A stretch of 64,000 nucleotides of DNA from Callorhinchus milii (lineage: Eukaryota), in the NCBI RefSeq assembly GCF_018977255.1, contig NW_024704742.1, positions 51,896,001-51,960,000 on the forward strand, given 5' to 3'. Shown here in pieces: positions 1 through 14,940 of the stretch. The position numbers and the translations under genes were made by a program. Each line of letters begins with the position of its first letter. The stretch's first letter is position 1. The notes under the pieces were generated by a model. That model had not been told where the DNA came from. It saw only the letters and a list, made by a program, of their open reading frames with translations, and searched no databases.

Positions 1-841
1 TTTAATTAAACAAAAAAGATTTGAAGAAAGCAATCTCATCAGAAATGAATTGTGAAGGAGTTCAGCATATTATTTAGTAAATCTGTGAACATAGATTAGC
101 ATTGTTCATACTGAGTGGTACGTGGACATCTTGTGGGGAAGTGAAGAAGTGAGAAATTAACTTCTTAAAGCCAATCTAGTCTCCAGATAAGACTTTAAAC
201 TGGCTTCCTGGAGAGGAAAAGCAGAGAACTTTGACATGAAGATGCTCTGTTTTATATCAGAACTGAACTTTTTTTCTCCCTACGGTCCAATAGCAAAGAA
301 CACTCATTTTTTAAAGATAACTGAGGTTCTTAACTTGTTGGACATTCAAATATTGTTTACATAAAATCTCCACTGCATTTTTAAAAAATAACAAAGGCAT
401 CCTACACAGTAAAATGTTGATATGACAGAACAAAACAGTTGCATGACATCTATAGTTCCCACACATCCCTCTCCTGTAAATATTTCTGTTAAACTCCAGA
501 TGCCACTACCTCTTAATTAATTTACCAGTCTAAGCCCAAACCTGGATGGAAGAGCTTAACCTCTTGGAAGTTCACCCGTACAGCTTAGAACATATTACAT
601 TTAAAATAATGAATTGAGTTAAGAACCGCAATTATAAATACTTAAGTTTAAATAAATATATGCACATTTAAAAAACACAATGAATATTGATAAATTCAAA
701 TGTTTGCATGCGTTTCCTAATAATTGACAATTATGTCTGAATGTGGAACAAACCTCATGCTTAGCCTAAATTGGCATAAGATCTGGCTTTTGCAAAAAGT
801 CACTAAAAGAAGGCCCTTCATTTCCTCTTTTATGTTCAACA

Positions 842-1895
842 AGAAGAACAAAATTACATTTGTAAAGGGTCTTTCACATCAGGAGGACGTCCCAAGACAC
901 TGAACAATCGAGGATCAGGACCTGAGCGTGGGGCGGCAGGGTTGGGATGAGGGAGGGCAGAGTTAGGAGGGCGGCTGAAGGTACGGTCGAAATGAAGGGT
1001 CTTGAGTCGTGCCTTGAAGGAGTCAAGAGAGGGAGCAAGGCAAAGGGATTGTGGGATGGAGTTCCAAAGGGTGGGAGCAGAGAGGCTAAAAGCCTGGCCG
1101 CTGATGGTAGGGCAGGTCGGGCAGAAGACAAAGAGCAGACCGGAGCCTGCTGAACTGAGGAAGTGGACAGGTTGATGGGGGTCAGCAGGTCAGAGAGGTA
1201 GGAGGGGACAAGGCCGTGGAGGACCTTGAAAGTAAGGATGAGGATTTTGAATTCTACCCTCTGAGGGATGGAGAGCCAGTGGAGCCAGGCGAGGGTGATG
1301 GGGGCCACGAAGCCTGGTGCGGGAGAGAACACTAGCTGCAGAGTTCTGGATGATCTGCAGCTTGTGGAGGGAAGTATTGGGAAGGCCAACAAGGAGGGAG
1401 TTTGCGTAGTGAGCCTTGAGGTGACAAATGTGTGTATGAGGGTTTGGGTGGCCTAAGGGGTGAGGAAGAGGCGGAGTCTGGCAATGTTGTGGATGTGGGG
1501 GAAGGCAGAGCGTGTCATGGCACGGATATGGGGGAGAAAGTACAGTTGAGGGTTGAGGCTTGCTCTCTCCCTTGACTCCTTCAAGGTACGACTGGCTTGG
1601 TGAGGTGAAGTGTGCATCTATGGATGCTGCTGCTGCCAGTGCCTGAGATGCGGAGGCACTGGCGCGAACCAATCAGGAGGCCTTCAGTCTTACTGACATT
1701 CAGCTGCAGAAAGTTGGCTCTTATCCAGGACTTGATGTCTGACAGACATTCTGTCAGGACGTCAGCTGTCATGGAATCGAGGATGGAGGCAGAGAGTTGG
1801 GTGTCATCCACATACATGTGGAAATTCACCCCATGTCTGCGGATGTTGTTACCAAAGGGGAGCATGTAGAGGTTGAAGAGGAGGGAACCGAGGAC
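842..1895 (-). mobile_element. L2 LINE 3' fragment (degenerate ORF2 RT C-terminus + tail)
   Basis: Frameshifted peptides [85 protein letters not shown]; tail at left end. Confidence 0.92.
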
Positions 1896-2687
1896 AAAAA
1901 AGGGATCTGGAAGTCTAGGAAGGGATTTGAGTTGAAGTGCAGCTACTGAAACCATGAACAGATATTGATATGCAAATTTGCAGTATAAATGCAGGATGCG
2001 ACAATTGATTTGGGGTTCCATTCTAAAATTACCCTTAAAAGTCCTTGTACGGTCCTTTGAACCAGAGAGATGATACTGTTTTATTCGTTTTCTGGATGTG
2101 ACCACGAATTTGTATTGCTGGTCAGAGCTTCACAAAGAACTACAAAATGTAACAACACAGAAACAGACCAAGTTATCCATCAAGTCTGCCCTAGTGATTT
2201 TCTTCACATGAACTAATTTAATCCCACGGTCACAAAGGAGCATAGCCTTAAAGATAGAGAAACAGTTAGGACTGAGATCAGAAAGCATTTATTCAAACAG
2301 GGAATTTTGAAGAGATGGAATGCTTTGACCCAGAAAGCTGTGGGGGTGGAATCAATAGAAATGCTTAAAAGGGAGACATACAGATACTTGGATTATAGAA
2401 GTATTAAGGAGTATGAGAAAAGGGGAGAGTAATAGGTTTAAAAGATCAGCTAAGATCTAAAACTGAAGTTCGATAGGTTCAATGGGCTGAATGTTTTTTT
2501 TCAAAAAACCACAACGCAAGTGGGTTTCCCCTTAGTCTTACAGCGTCCTGCGATCTCATAAAGGCCACAACCTGTCCCACACATTCCTCACGAGAACGGA
2601 AACCAACCCGCTCCTTCTTGATCAAACTGTGAGCCTCCAATGTGTGCGATACTCGAGTAATTTAAAGACTACTTCAACCACAGTTCG

Positions 2688-3010
2688 TAATAATAATAAT
2701 CCTTGCATTTGATATAGCACTTTTCACATCTTCTAGACGTCTCAAAGCGCTTCAATGAATAGACTGTAAAGTGAATTGACTGTATATATTTGTGGACGAA
2801 ATGCGGCAGCCAATTGCGCACAGCAGTGTCCCACAGACAGTCGTGGATTGAAAATGACCGATTTATTTTTTTTATTTTTTTCTTGAGGGAATATTATCAG
2901 GCGTGTGGAGTAAGGAAATTTGCCCAAGGTTTCACCCTGCCAGGAATCGAACCTAGGTCTCTCACTTGCAAAACGAGTGCTCTAACCACTGAGCTACAGG
3001 ACTACAGGAC
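2688..3010 (-). mobile_element. Full-length SINE (same family)
   Basis: (TAA)n tail at left, Deu core, tRNA head ending ...ACTGAGCTACAGGAC. Confidence 0.88.
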
Positions 3011-4269
3011 TTTATTGCTCCTCGTAGCAGTAAATCCACATTTCATCTGTCCTTCTTGAAAAAAAAATTTCTCTAACCCTTTTAATTTTTATTTGCGATT
3101 ATCTTAAATTTGTGCCATTTATGCAAATTCTAACCACAAACAGAGATGGTTGCCTTATTTAATCCAAGTACCAAGCAACCAAGCAATTTTCTAAATATAA
3201 AGCTAAATATTCACAGGCTCCCTAAGAAAATGCATTGTATGTTATTGAACCTTGTACATGAACAGGGTCTCAGGTTCAACTCCTTTTCTTTAACACATTA
3301 GCTACACCCATTCAGTGCAGAGATGAAAGCACAACAATTAGACTCATCATCCTGGAAGGATTGTGTCCCCTCCAATTTTAACCCAGGACTGAAGTGTAAT
3401 TGAACCAGGAATCATCCCTCTTCATATGGCTGAATAGCACACCATACAGTGTGCAGCTACTATACTAAGTTTCAACAATTCTTCAGGTCAAATGTGTCTA
3501 TACACATATTTCAGCACTAACAGCTCACTATGGTTGGGGGTCTATTTTCAGAACATATCCTTAATGCCAAGTGTCTCATAAATTAAACCTCATCAAATGG
3601 AACAGAGGTCCTGCTTACAAAGCAAATATACTTTTTGAAGATAGATTTGCTTTTTTCAGCAAAAACAGGGAAGGATTGATTTTGCTGATTTACAGTGGCT
3701 GACCCCCCCCCCCACCCCCACCACTCATTCCCTTTTCAAACAAATCCCGACAATGAGCCTGGAAGTCAAAGTGAAGAGCAGAGTTTACTTCTATTAAGCA
3801 ATTGAAATATAATATTCAGGCTTAGGATATTCACAACTGAAGAGAAGAACGCAACTAGGTTTCTCTCACTGGTGTATATTTGCATATATATTACTGTTTC
3901 TCAAATTCTCTGCCCACTTAAGATACATTTATCTATGGACCGCAACTGCAACAAAATGTACTCATAAAACACCTTTCTTACTGGATGATGTCTAAAATCA
4001 TTAAAGAAAACCATGCCCCATGAATTTCAAAAATGTAATCTAAATTATAGACTCCCAAGATTTTTTACAAAGGCTGGTACATTAATTATAATTATGTATT
4101 AAAGAATAACATTTGTTGAATTTCTTTTTGTCAGCCGTGTGTCTGACACATTTTGTCAGTCATGTATCTGACACACCCATCACAATGCTGAAGAACATCC
4201 AAACTAAACTGAGAACTCAACGCATCCCACCTACACATGGAAATTCAACAGATATTTATTAGCTGGTAC

Positions 4270-5297
4270 TGCCTTCCATCACCTCCGGAACATCACCAGA
4301 CTATGGCATTACCTCACCCCTCACGCTGCTGAAACTCTGGTCCACGCCTTCATCACCTCAAGGCTGGACTATGGGAACTCTCTCCTCACCGGCCTTCCCG
4401 CCACCTCCCTCCACAAGCTGCAGGTCATTCAGAACTCTGCAGCTCGTGTACTGTCCCGCACCAGGACCACATCACTCCCACCCTCGCTCGCCTCCACTGG
4501 CTCCCCATCCACCAGAGGATCGAATTCAAGATCCTCATCCTCACCTACAAGGTCATTCACGGCCTCGCTCCCTCCTACCTCTCTGACCTACTATCCCCCT
4601 ACCTACCTGCCCGTACCCTCCTTTCCTCTGGCTCCGGTCTGCTCCACATCCCCCGCCCCAACCGCCCTACCATCGGTGGTTGGGCCTTCAGCCTCTCAGC
4701 CCCTAGGCTCTGGAACTCTATCCCCCAGTGCCTTCGCCGCCTCCTCCCTTTCCTCCTTCAAGGCCGGTCTCAAAACCTTTCTCTACAACCGTGCCTTCAG
4801 CTCCCCTCTCGACTCTCTACCCCCTCCTCGCTCCCTCCCCTCCCCTCACCCTGACCATTTCCCCCCTCCTCGCTCCCTCCCTTCCCTCCCCTCACCCTGA
4901 CCATTTCCCCCTCCTCGCTCCCTCCCTTCCTCCCCTCACCCTGACCATTTCCTCCCTGCTCGGGTCCTGACCCAACTGTGCAGTGCCTTGGGACGTCCTC
5001 CCAACGTGAAAGGCGCTCTATAAATGCAATCTTGTTGTTGTTATTAGAATGTCCCTCCGTTCTACCATTGATGGCCGCACTTTCTGCCACTATACCTCAA
5101 AACTCTGGAACACCCTTCCTCTATCCCTCCGCCTTGCCCCATTCCTTCCCCATTTTCAGGTCGCGCCTGAAGACCTTCCTATTCGACCATGCCTACAGTC
5201 ACCAACCCTGGCTCGGAATCGTGTTCCGCCATTGCCAAGCACTCTGGGTCACTACCCTGCGTGATGGGCGCTATATAAATGCAAGTTGTTGTTGTTG
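4270..5297 (+). mobile_element. Two tandem L2 3' fragments (~4270-5045 and ~5047-5297)
   Basis: ETLVHAFITSRLDYGNSLL-type ORF2 end; two tails ending ATAAATGCAA..(TTG)n; short pyrimidine-rich tandem repeat at ~4820-4955. Confidence 0.9.
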
Positions 5298-8200
5298 AAT
5301 GCGCACTCTTTCCCTGGAAGGACGCATCCTACTTACCCAATTTAGGAAAATATTAGGCGCAGGTTGGCAAGAGCCGATGCTTGGAGACCCCCAGAGTGTG
5401 CGTTGGGGTATTGCTGGTGTCTAACCAGCTCGGATGGTTATACATTATAATAATAATAATCGTCCTTGCAATTGATATTGCTTTTCACATCTTCCAGACG
5501 TCTCAAAGCATCAATTATTAAAGTAACATGGATTCCACAACCCAATACTGTAAGATGTTGCTGGTTAACGTTGGACAAAATTTTGTCCAGCAATTAGTAA
5601 CTGCACTGAACCGCACTAATTACACAATTCAGCGACTTTGTTGAAAATACACATGAATACTGATTCACACCAATTTTCCCATGTATGTCACATTTCACTC
5701 TAGACAAATGTTTTGAAGTGCTTCACAGAGATGATAGAGGAGAGAAAGGGGAATTTAAAAGTTCCTGACCAAATACAAAAGGGTTACCAATAAGGAATAA
5801 CATTTGTTGGATTCAGCTATAAAAAAAATGACAATGATTTCCACATTTTATATAAAAAAATTAATAGCTGTATGTATAGAGAATTTAAAAAAGCAAACAT
5901 TTGATTGAGTTTTAGGAGAAATCTATGGACTTCCAAAATGAGTAATCATTTTTCCAGGTTCTGTGCTTACACTAAGATGTGGAGAAGCTCCAGTTTGGTT
6001 CATTCCAGAGCACCAATGAGGTAACCATCACAAAAATTTTACACATATGCACCTTTCCATTACTAAAATTTTGGACTTGAAAACCAGAGAATACAGCAGA
6101 CTGTAATAAAGCGACATCACATCATCACACTGGCATCTCCTGCCCATCCTGGGATTATAGTCTGGCAAGTAATTTTTTTTAAAGCTATGACTTCCACTAA
6201 ACTCTATTAAACAATCTGTATCAACCAGACTAAAAAAGGCTGATTTTAATTTAAATGCAATTTGCCATTTTACTATTCCTGGCTTTAGTTCTATGAATTC
6301 TAATTTTACGAGTATTGTTCTTTTTTGCCTTCTACAATTTCTCATTATTTTTTTTAAAAAATCCTGGCATTTGGTTTCATGACTATTTTTTGCTGCAAGA
6401 CTTGGCATTGACATTTGGCAAGATGTTTGTCCACATTTGAAAAGCACAGTCAAGCTCAATCTGTCCTCATACTAGTGTGTGTCTCTGCATATTGAACCAT
6501 GGTTGATTTTTCCCCTCTCCCTAAACCAGTGATGCTAAGGCTACTTGAAGGCACTACAAGTGCTGCACTACCTAACTCAGCACAAGCTGGGATTTGACTA
6601 CAGAGAACTTGGAAGCAAAACATCTTCTTAAGATGAAATTTCAAAACGTATTACAAAGATATGACAATATTGGAAAATAAACAGTAAAGCGTAAAAAATG
6701 TCAATAAAATGAATTGACTGTGCCCTCACATTTCTTTATAACTATAAAGGATACCCAAGTCTGCAGATATTATACAAAGACAGTGAGATAAACATGTCCT
6801 AATTAAATGACCACAAACAATTTAAGAATTAAATTACTTACGGTAAGCTTACAACAGTCACTGTCATCATCAGTCTAAAACAATACTGATAAACTGCTAT
6901 AGTTTGTTGAAAATGGAGGTTCCTTTGCTGTAAGAAAAGCTAAAAGATCTTCGAAAGCTGCTTTCCTCTCACGAGAGATAGCAATGTCTAAATCTTTCTG
7001 AAATCTAAAGTCATTGAACTGTGAAGGCAGATTTGTGTTGAGGGAGCATTTCTCCTCAACTCGGATAAGAAGACAACAAAGTTTACGATGGTTTCCTGAA
7101 TGCTACCACCTGCATCCCACCCTGCCACTACACTGGAAAGCTGCCTATTTTGATGTACCATTGTTGGTTGAAAGCAGACATATGTTGGTGGTAGCTAGGA
7201 AACATGCCATTGCTTTGGGCATTAAGCGTAGGTGTCACAATTGTTGGAGAAGGACACAGTTCAAAAACACCAGGGATCTCGCAGATGAGCTGGGGTTTGC
7301 AGGATCAAAGGTGAAGTGTGTTCCTGGAGAAAGTTGACACTTGCAGAATCATAAGTCAATCATCCAAGAGATGTTGGGGGTACATTCAAAGTGTTTGCCC
7401 AAGTCCAGCACATGGCAGATGTTGAGCAACCATGGGAACCATTAATGACCTTACATATTTTGAAGAAAATTTTCTAACCGTCATGATATCCAAACATCCT
7501 TTCTGAAGTATTTAACAATAAGGCCACCGCATCCAGAAATTTGTAAAGTTTGTTGTTCAGGCATTTCGGAATTGGTCCCTTCTACCAACTCTCAATTATG
7601 CCTGTTGCACAATTGCAGCAACGTAAAGATTTAAAGCATTTTAAAATAACTGAATTTACAGATGCTGGTTTGTACCTCTCGTATTAATGAGGGCTAATTA
7701 AAGTTTTTAACCGTGATAATGTTAAATATTAATGCTGAAAAAACAGCTTATGGAATTCCACTAAAATTTCAGCATGCATTTTGTTACTTTACTCCTGATA
7801 ATAATCCTTGCATTTGATAAGGCATCTTCTCACCTCAACGAATTGTCTCAAAGCGCTTCATAGGAAATACAGCAAAGTGGTGTGACTGTGTGTATTTTGT
7901 GGGAAAATGCTCAGCCAATTCCATGTACAGCAATTTCCAAATAAAGTAATTAACTTTATAAATGATAAACTGGAATACGTCTCCTTTGAAACCTTCAAAA
8001 GTTTTAAGTGACATCAGACTCTTTGGTACATGAAGTACATTGGGAGTTCAATGTAGCTGAGAGCAGTTTTAAAAAATCGAAACCAGGGTGGTTACCCACT
8101 AAGTCAATTCACCTGTAGCAGGTTACTTCATATTCTCAAATGGGTACTGATTCCTTTCATTGGGAAATACAGATCTATTCCAAGTATCAGATCAAATATG

Positions 8201-9882
8201 CCACTTTTTTTCTCCTTGGCCATTTGCAAGATCAATTCAGGACCATTTCCAGCTGTCCTTTGACACCAGTATTCCATGCACCAAAAGAATCAACATCAGT
8301 GTTAATTTCAATGCCAAAACACTTCTGGTCGGCATCAAAGGATTAATGATATTCGGTCCTCTGGAGTATCACCTACTAAAATCGCAGATGGTACATTGCC
8401 TAGAGGGACTTTACCCTTGAAAATGAATGCACATAAACCATATCTAAATTTATCACTTTTGCTATTTTTGAGCAAAAGTACAGCAGAATCACATTTTTAT
8501 TCCGTCGACATGCTGCATAATTAAAATATACAATAGTGAATTTTGCACTTTACGCTTAATCTGTCAGTAACCTTCAAGCACTTTTTCAAAACATTACGCT
8601 CCCAGAGGGACCAGACATTTGCCAGCAATCAGGAAATGTATGCCACTGCAGAAAATGATTGTATATTTTTCTTCAGTCTCCATACTGTGGTCTTTTTAAC
8701 TAGCTTACAATGAAGCAAGCAAACTCAACAATTTCCCTAACAGCATATGCTGGTATTGACTCTTCAGCATGGGTAGCTCCAGATCTGATGTATTTTCTAG
8801 GTCAGGAAGGAGTTGGGGGGGGCGGGGGGGAGGGGAGGGGCAAGCAGTGAAAGCTGTAGGGCGAACTGTGTGAATACTAACCTATTTTCTCACTAATCCA
8901 GACAGTACATCATGTTATATTATATAAATAGGAAATTCTGTCACATCATGGTCCACTTCAATTCCAAAAAGACCAGACACTGTAAAAAAAAATGTTGGTA
9001 AGTAATCCGTCATACTTGATTCAAAAATGATAGGCAAACTCTGTCAAATTAATCAGATTCATTTTATCAAGTGTAAAATGAAATACTGTACATTTTGAAG
9101 AGGATTTTAAAATTATCCTGCACAATGGTAAAATAAAAATGTGTTTAAGAACATATTTAAATTCAGAATGCCAAGCAAAGAAATCAGTAAAAAGCACTTT
9201 TGTGCCCAGGTCATATGTTTGGAAGCAAAAACAGAACAATGTTCTCGGTTTCTGTTTAGACCTGTGGTGGGCAACCTGTGGCCCACAGGGCTATCAAGAA
9301 GAGGCCCCTGAACATTCGCACGAGTCTAGTTAAGTCTGTGTTCGATCGGTAGTGTGTTTTCAGCTTTTTCTTGATTGAATATTTCTTGATTGATGAAATC
9401 AAGGTTGGACTATAAAGGTTGGACATCATTAGTTTGGACATTTAACACAGATATTTCCACCTCGAATTTTACAAAAATAAATCCACTATGAGCAACCAGC
9501 AAGTATATAAACAACTAACATTTTTATTTGGTGTGATTTCATAGGTGTTGCTGAATTTTTTAAAATTTGTCTCGCTTTCTTTTACTTGCAAATAAAAGAC
9601 TGGAGTTCACTGGAACACCCCCTCACCCACCTACCCCTCACCTCTTTCAAAGTCCATCTCAAGACCTTCTCCCACCCCCAGCTTGAGTGCCAAGCCAAGG
9701 TTGTAAGTGCCTTTAGATGTCATCCTGACCCGAAAGGCACTATATAAACGTAAGTTTGTATTGCAAGTCAGAAGCTCCCATCAATGTCTTTTCACTTGTG
9801 GCTTCGACCTCCTTAATCTCCACCAGCCTATCCCTCAGACTCAATAAACCTGCATACAACCAGGACCACTTTCCTCCACCTC

Positions 9883-10493
9883 ACTATCCTCCTGGGGTTG
9901 GGGGAGGTAAGCGGAGTCTCCTTGGAGCTGAACCGGCTTCAAGATGACATGCTTAGCAATGGAATGTCGAAATCGAGTCAGTCCTCTGTGGGGTTCACAG
10001 TAGTTCAGTTCCTGAGCCAGGCTGATCCGCAGTATTCAAGGGCACTGCTGATGACAGCACAGCCAGCCTGGCTCATCACCAGGACCCGGAAGGGCAGACC
10101 TGTCACTGATGGCAGATAGTTATCCCACTCAGCTCCTATTAACCCTGCAAGCCAAAGCCCTAACGGGTAGGGACTTAGCTGGAAAAGCAGTGGTAAAAGC
10201 TTGCCGGGCAGTAATATCAATGGCAAGCTATGAGTTTTTTGCTGCTTAGACTGGTTAGCAGTACCCCAACGCAAATTCTGTGGTCCCCAAGCCTTGGCTT
10301 TTGCTAACCTGTGCCTAATACTTTCCAGAATTAGGCAAGCAGGATGCTCCAGGGAGATACTATACATACCATTCCAACAATCTATCTCTGGGATTTCCAT
10401 GGTGTAAGTGGGATGCATGGAACTCTCAGCTTGGTTTGGATACCCTTAAGCATAGTGATGGGTCTCCGCACATGTCAGACACCCGGCTAACCA
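9883..10493 (+). repeat. Unclassified interspersed repeat (longest copy)
   Basis: Left part matches 18741-19030(-). Right part matches ~62110-62378(+), 63243-63430(+), 12379-12525(-) and 5300-5430(-). Confidence 0.8.
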
Positions 10494-10539
10494 AAAAAAA
10501 ACAAATTTGTCCACCTTCATCACACCACCCAACTCCAAC

Positions 10540-11080
10540 CGTACCTCACACCCATGGCAGTTGAAATCATCCACGCTTTTCACCACCACCTTGATTTCTC
10601 TAATGCGCTTCTCGATAGTCTCCCCACCTCCACCATTCAGGAAGTCCAATTGACATAAATTCCAATACTCGTAGCAAACTCCATGCCCTGCCCGGGCTCC
10701 ATTGGCTCCTTGTTGCAGACAGTCACACTCACCTACAAATCACTTTGTACCCTAGCACCTTCCTACCTCTACAACTTTCTTACTCCTCTACCTACCCCTT
10801 GCCATGAGCAGCTCAGGCGTTTTACGCATCCCTCGACCTCTCAGTTCCACCTATGGCAGCCACGTCTTCATCCACTATATCCCAAACCTTTGGAACTCCC
10901 TCTCTCAATCCCTCCGCCTTGCCCCCTTTGCTGTTTTCAGATTGGACCTGAAGGCTTTCCTCTTCAACCGTGCCTATGGACATCTCCCACTTCCCCCGGC
11001 TCGGCGACAAACTGTGCCATTGTTCAACGCTCCAAAATACTACACCGTGGGAAAAGCATTTATAAATGCAAGTTACTGAT
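10540..11080 (+). mobile_element. Diverged L2 3' fragment
   Basis: LTYKSLCTLAPSYL, PNLWNSLSQSLRLA, LKAFLFNRAY; ATAAATGCAAGTT tail. Confidence 0.8.
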
Positions 11081-12532
11081 ATATTTCTTGCCTTTTGTCT
11101 TTGTTCTGTGTCTTTCTGTGACATCTTCAATGTCTCACATTGTTTTACTTAGAACATCTATCTCTGTGCTTTTGAATGTCTTGCAATGGCTACTGGAATC
11201 TTTGCTTCTTCCCACACTCAACCAACCTACAGCCAACAGGCAACTGCCAGCATGAGATGTCACTTAATAACAACTCTATGTTCTCTACATTTCTTCATAA
11301 TAGCACACGGGACACATATTGCTAAATTATTCCCCTTTCATAATGCAATTTCAACAGTCGCCTTCATCATTTTCAAATTATTGGATAAATGCCATAATTT
11401 CGGTGCATACCAGAATATTTTAAAGCTCATTACAAAAGGGGTAATGATCAAGATATCTTTTTGTGACAGGGTACTACAAAAGCAACAGTGAAAATAAAGT
11501 GTCCATAGTTAAGTATGTGGAAGCACCAATTCCAAGTCTAGACTAACAGATAGATAAGGAAAGTCTTTTACTGGATAATGTAGACCAGTCTCTAGTCCAT
11601 TAACATTTGCACAGGACATCTGATTGCACTTGAGCAAACCCACTGCTTTGTTTCGCTTACTTCAATTGGATAATTATTCAAACCACTCATCTGTAAGTAA
11701 AGAACATTTTCCTCATGTCTGTTCAAAATGCACGGTTCCCAAATTTCAATTTATAGCTTTCAGTCCTACTTTGAAATAATGGTCTAGGATCTGTACTATT
11801 AATATTTTATATAGCTCCTTGCGATTCAAGGGCTCAAGTCAAACATTTAAGCCTTTCACAACATGTTTACCAACCCTTTAAATACTCCAGATAATCTGGT
11901 TTTGGATCCAAGAGCCATTCAATGTGTACCTTTAAAAAATAATCCTTGCAATATGATGTTGTGCTTTCATGTTAAAATGAAGTATTCACAGGATTTTACT
12001 TTGAAATGTAATGATTGTATTTCATGGGTTAATGAGGAAGCCAATTTGCACACAGCAATATCCCATTAATTGCCATGACGTAAATGACCAATGTTATCTG
12101 ACAAGAACACTAAGAGAAAGTCCCTTTTGCCACAGTGCCATGGAGTTTAAAAATCCATCTGAAGAACTGCACCCCAGCAGTGCATTGGAGTGGCAGCCTG
12201 GACAACAAGCTCAACATCTCAATGTGGAGCTCAAACTCATCTACAACACTCCTTCTCAGAAGATCTATAGTCAGTATACAATTTGAGCCAAGCTGATACC
12301 TTAAAAAGTCTCATTAGGTTGGTTTACTTCAAGAAGGTAAAAGATCTTCTTGAAGGCACATTTATTTGTGTATGTTTAGTCAGCCGGGTGTCTTAAGAGT
12401 ATTCAAACCAAGCTGAGAATTCCATGCATCCCATCTACACATAAAAATTCCAGAGATAGATTGTTGGTATGGAACGTGCACTCTCTCCCTGGAGGGATGC
12501 ATCCTACTTACCCATTTCTGGAAAGTATAATT

Positions 12533-12875
12533 GAAATAATCTTTGCATTTGAAATAGTGCCTGATCACGTCTTCAAGATGTCTCAAAAGCACTTCACAGA
12601 ATATACTGTAAATTGACTGAATATTTTGTGGGCGAAAAGCAGCAACCAATTGAGCACAGCAGTGTCCCACAAAGTTTTTTTTAAATTGAAGAGATTATTA
12701 TCCCCAGAAAAGCGATTCGCCAAACGACTAAGAACTGGGTTCCTATTTATTGCTGGGTAAACAGAGGCATGTGGAGTAAGTAAACTTGCCCAATGTTTTG
12801 CCCTGCCCGGGAATCAAACCCAGGTCCTCTCGCCTGTGAGGCAAGTGCTCGAACCACTCAGCTACAGGACTCCAC
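12533..12875 (-). mobile_element. SINE, longer variant with extra internal segment
   Basis: Same tail, core and head plus an internal CCCCAGAAAAGCGAT...TGCTGGGTAAACAG segment. Confidence 0.85.
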
Positions 12876-13164
12876 TATACCCATGATTATCGGTTAATAT
12901 AGTAGTGTCTTCCTACAACAGTTGATTGACAATTAAATATATATATACCATTACAGAATTACATTTGTACTATAATGATTTTTTAAAATTTTATTTATTG
13001 AGAAGAACAGGCCTGTCAAGCCTAATCGTCAATAAATCAGCAAAACTTCTAACTATAACTATAAATAGTAAAGGGTTTTAATAGTGCACCACTGTGAACG
13101 TGGCATTGTAAAAAGTGCTAGCATACTGGCTCTGAATGTTCATTTGCCATTTGCAAATTTTCAT

Positions 13165-13775
13165 TTGCGACCGCAGGCTGCCGAAACCCTCATACACACC
13201 TTCATTACATCGAGGCTTGACTGTGCAATCTCACTGCTTGTCGGCCTCCCCAACTCCTTCCTCCATAGGCTGCAGATCATCCAGGACTCTGCAGCCCGTG
13301 TCCTCTCCCGTGACCCTTCAACCCCATCCTTGCCCAACTTCACTGGCTTCCAATCACACAGAGGATACAGTTCAAGATCCTGGTCCTCACCTTCAAAGCC
13401 CTCCACAATCTTGCTCCCCACTACCTCTCCGACCTGCTAACCCCCTACTACCCTGTCTTCTCCCTCCACTCAGTGGGTGCCAGCCTGCTTCACGTCCCCC
13501 GCCTTGCTCGCCTCACTATCGGCGGGCGGGCCTTCCGCCACTCTGCCCCCACCCTCTGGAACGCCATCCTGCAGTCCCTTCGTCTCGCCCCCTCCCTCGC
13601 CACCTTCAAGACCCATCTCAAGACCCTCCTCTTTGACCGTGCTTTCGATCTCCCTGCCTCCCCCCACCCTCCACCCTCCCCAACCCCCAGCTCGGGTCCG
13701 TAACTCTGCCTGTCCAGCGCCTTGGGTCGTCCTCCCGACATGAAAGGTGCTATACAAATGTAATTTTGTTGTTGT
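13165..13775 (+). mobile_element. L2 3' fragment
   Basis: AAETLIHTFITSRLDCAISLLVGLP, GGRAFRHSAPTLWNAILQSLRLAPSLATFKTHLKTLLF; (TTG)n tail. Confidence 0.92.
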
Positions 13776-14699
13776 TTTCTTGTTCTCTTCCCTCCTTTGG
13801 TATCTGCTGCATGTGTGACAGGATTTCTTATTTTATTGAGTGGTTACCAGCCATTTATTTTCAACATGAGCGCTCTGAGATTATTGATCTAATGGCACTA
13901 ACAAATGAGAACACATACATCGAACTGGAATTTTTAATCGTTCTCACTGATTGATAAAAATAATCACTTTGTCTCATGCCAACACAAAACCATCTGAGCA
14001 GAAACAAAGAAGCCTGATATGCACACATCCCAACGTATGGTTTTGCCTTATATTTCCCAATGCATGGCAATCATCCAGGTTCACTTATTTATTCCACAAA
14101 AATATATAAACATAGAGATAGAGTTTTTCAATCCTGGATTGAAGGGTTGAAAATATAATGGGACTAATGAAATGCAGTGGTTTTATTCTCCTCGCTTCAC
14201 TTTATTTTTTCTAAATGTTTTGTTCCACCTTATTAGTGTATAACTGTTTAAATTAAAGGCAGCTTGTTTTTATTTTGTTCCTAAAATCTAGTATGTCCAA
14301 TTATTTTTCTCATTTTCTCCCCCCTGCATATCCCTCTCTGCTCCTGGTCTGGTCTCCTCTTACTGGGGGACAGTTTCACTGGCATTGGTTGCCCAAGTGA
14401 CCATGCGTTGTGTAAGCCCTGGCAGCGAGTATCTTCAAGTCCGTGAACTGCAGCTCTATCCACTACCCAATCTGTTTTTTTATTTTTAAACACACACAAA
14501 AAAGATTTTTAAGACCAAAATGTCAAGATTTAACAGATCTGAATTAATTTAAAACTTGAGCTGCCCATTGTGAAATTGTTACAAAACCTATAGTGTTAAA
14601 AAAAATCAAAACACACCACATGGTGCACGGTATGTATAGCAGTGAGCCACAGAGGCCAGATTCAATCCACAGTCTGTTTGGAATTTGGCAGATCGCTTT

Positions 14700-14940
14700 C
14701 CAGGGGTAATAATTTAAAAAATAAAAATGTGGTCACTCAATCCACGATTAGATATGTTTGTGGGACACGGCCGTGCACAATTCGCTGCCACGTTTCTCCC
14801 ACAAAATACACAGTCAATCTACTTTATATTCTACATAATCTACAATATACAATTTATAATCTACAATATATTCTGTGAAGCGCTTTAAGACATCTCAATG
14901 ATAAGGTGCTATATCAAATGCAAGGATTGTCCATTATGAT
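14700..14940 (+). mobile_element. SINE 3' half with small internal duplication
   Basis: TTTGTGGGACAC...CACAATT core and AAATGCAAGGATT tail; ATAATCTACAATATA occurs twice. Similar 3' SINE fragments at ~7798-7940(-), 27250-27360(+), 31050-31250(-), 36640-36850(+), 40400-40610(+), 47310-47445(+), 49283-49390(+), 63905-63955(+). Confidence 0.75.

Noticed and set aside
874..2105. RT-like ORFs as genes or an active LINE (also 13084-13757, 19118-20613, 47510-49144)
   Set aside because: Frameshifted, truncated and internally deleted L2 remnants.
4126..4176. Two-copy ~25-bp tandem repeat with TGTCAG/CTGACA arms
   Set aside because: Only two adjacent copies with no spacers; a local duplication, not CRISPR-like.
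6850..8430. Protein-looking stretches that might be SCFD2 exon 3 or a transposase relic
   Set aside because: Hand translation gave stops and no motif I recognise; a tblastx search would be needed.
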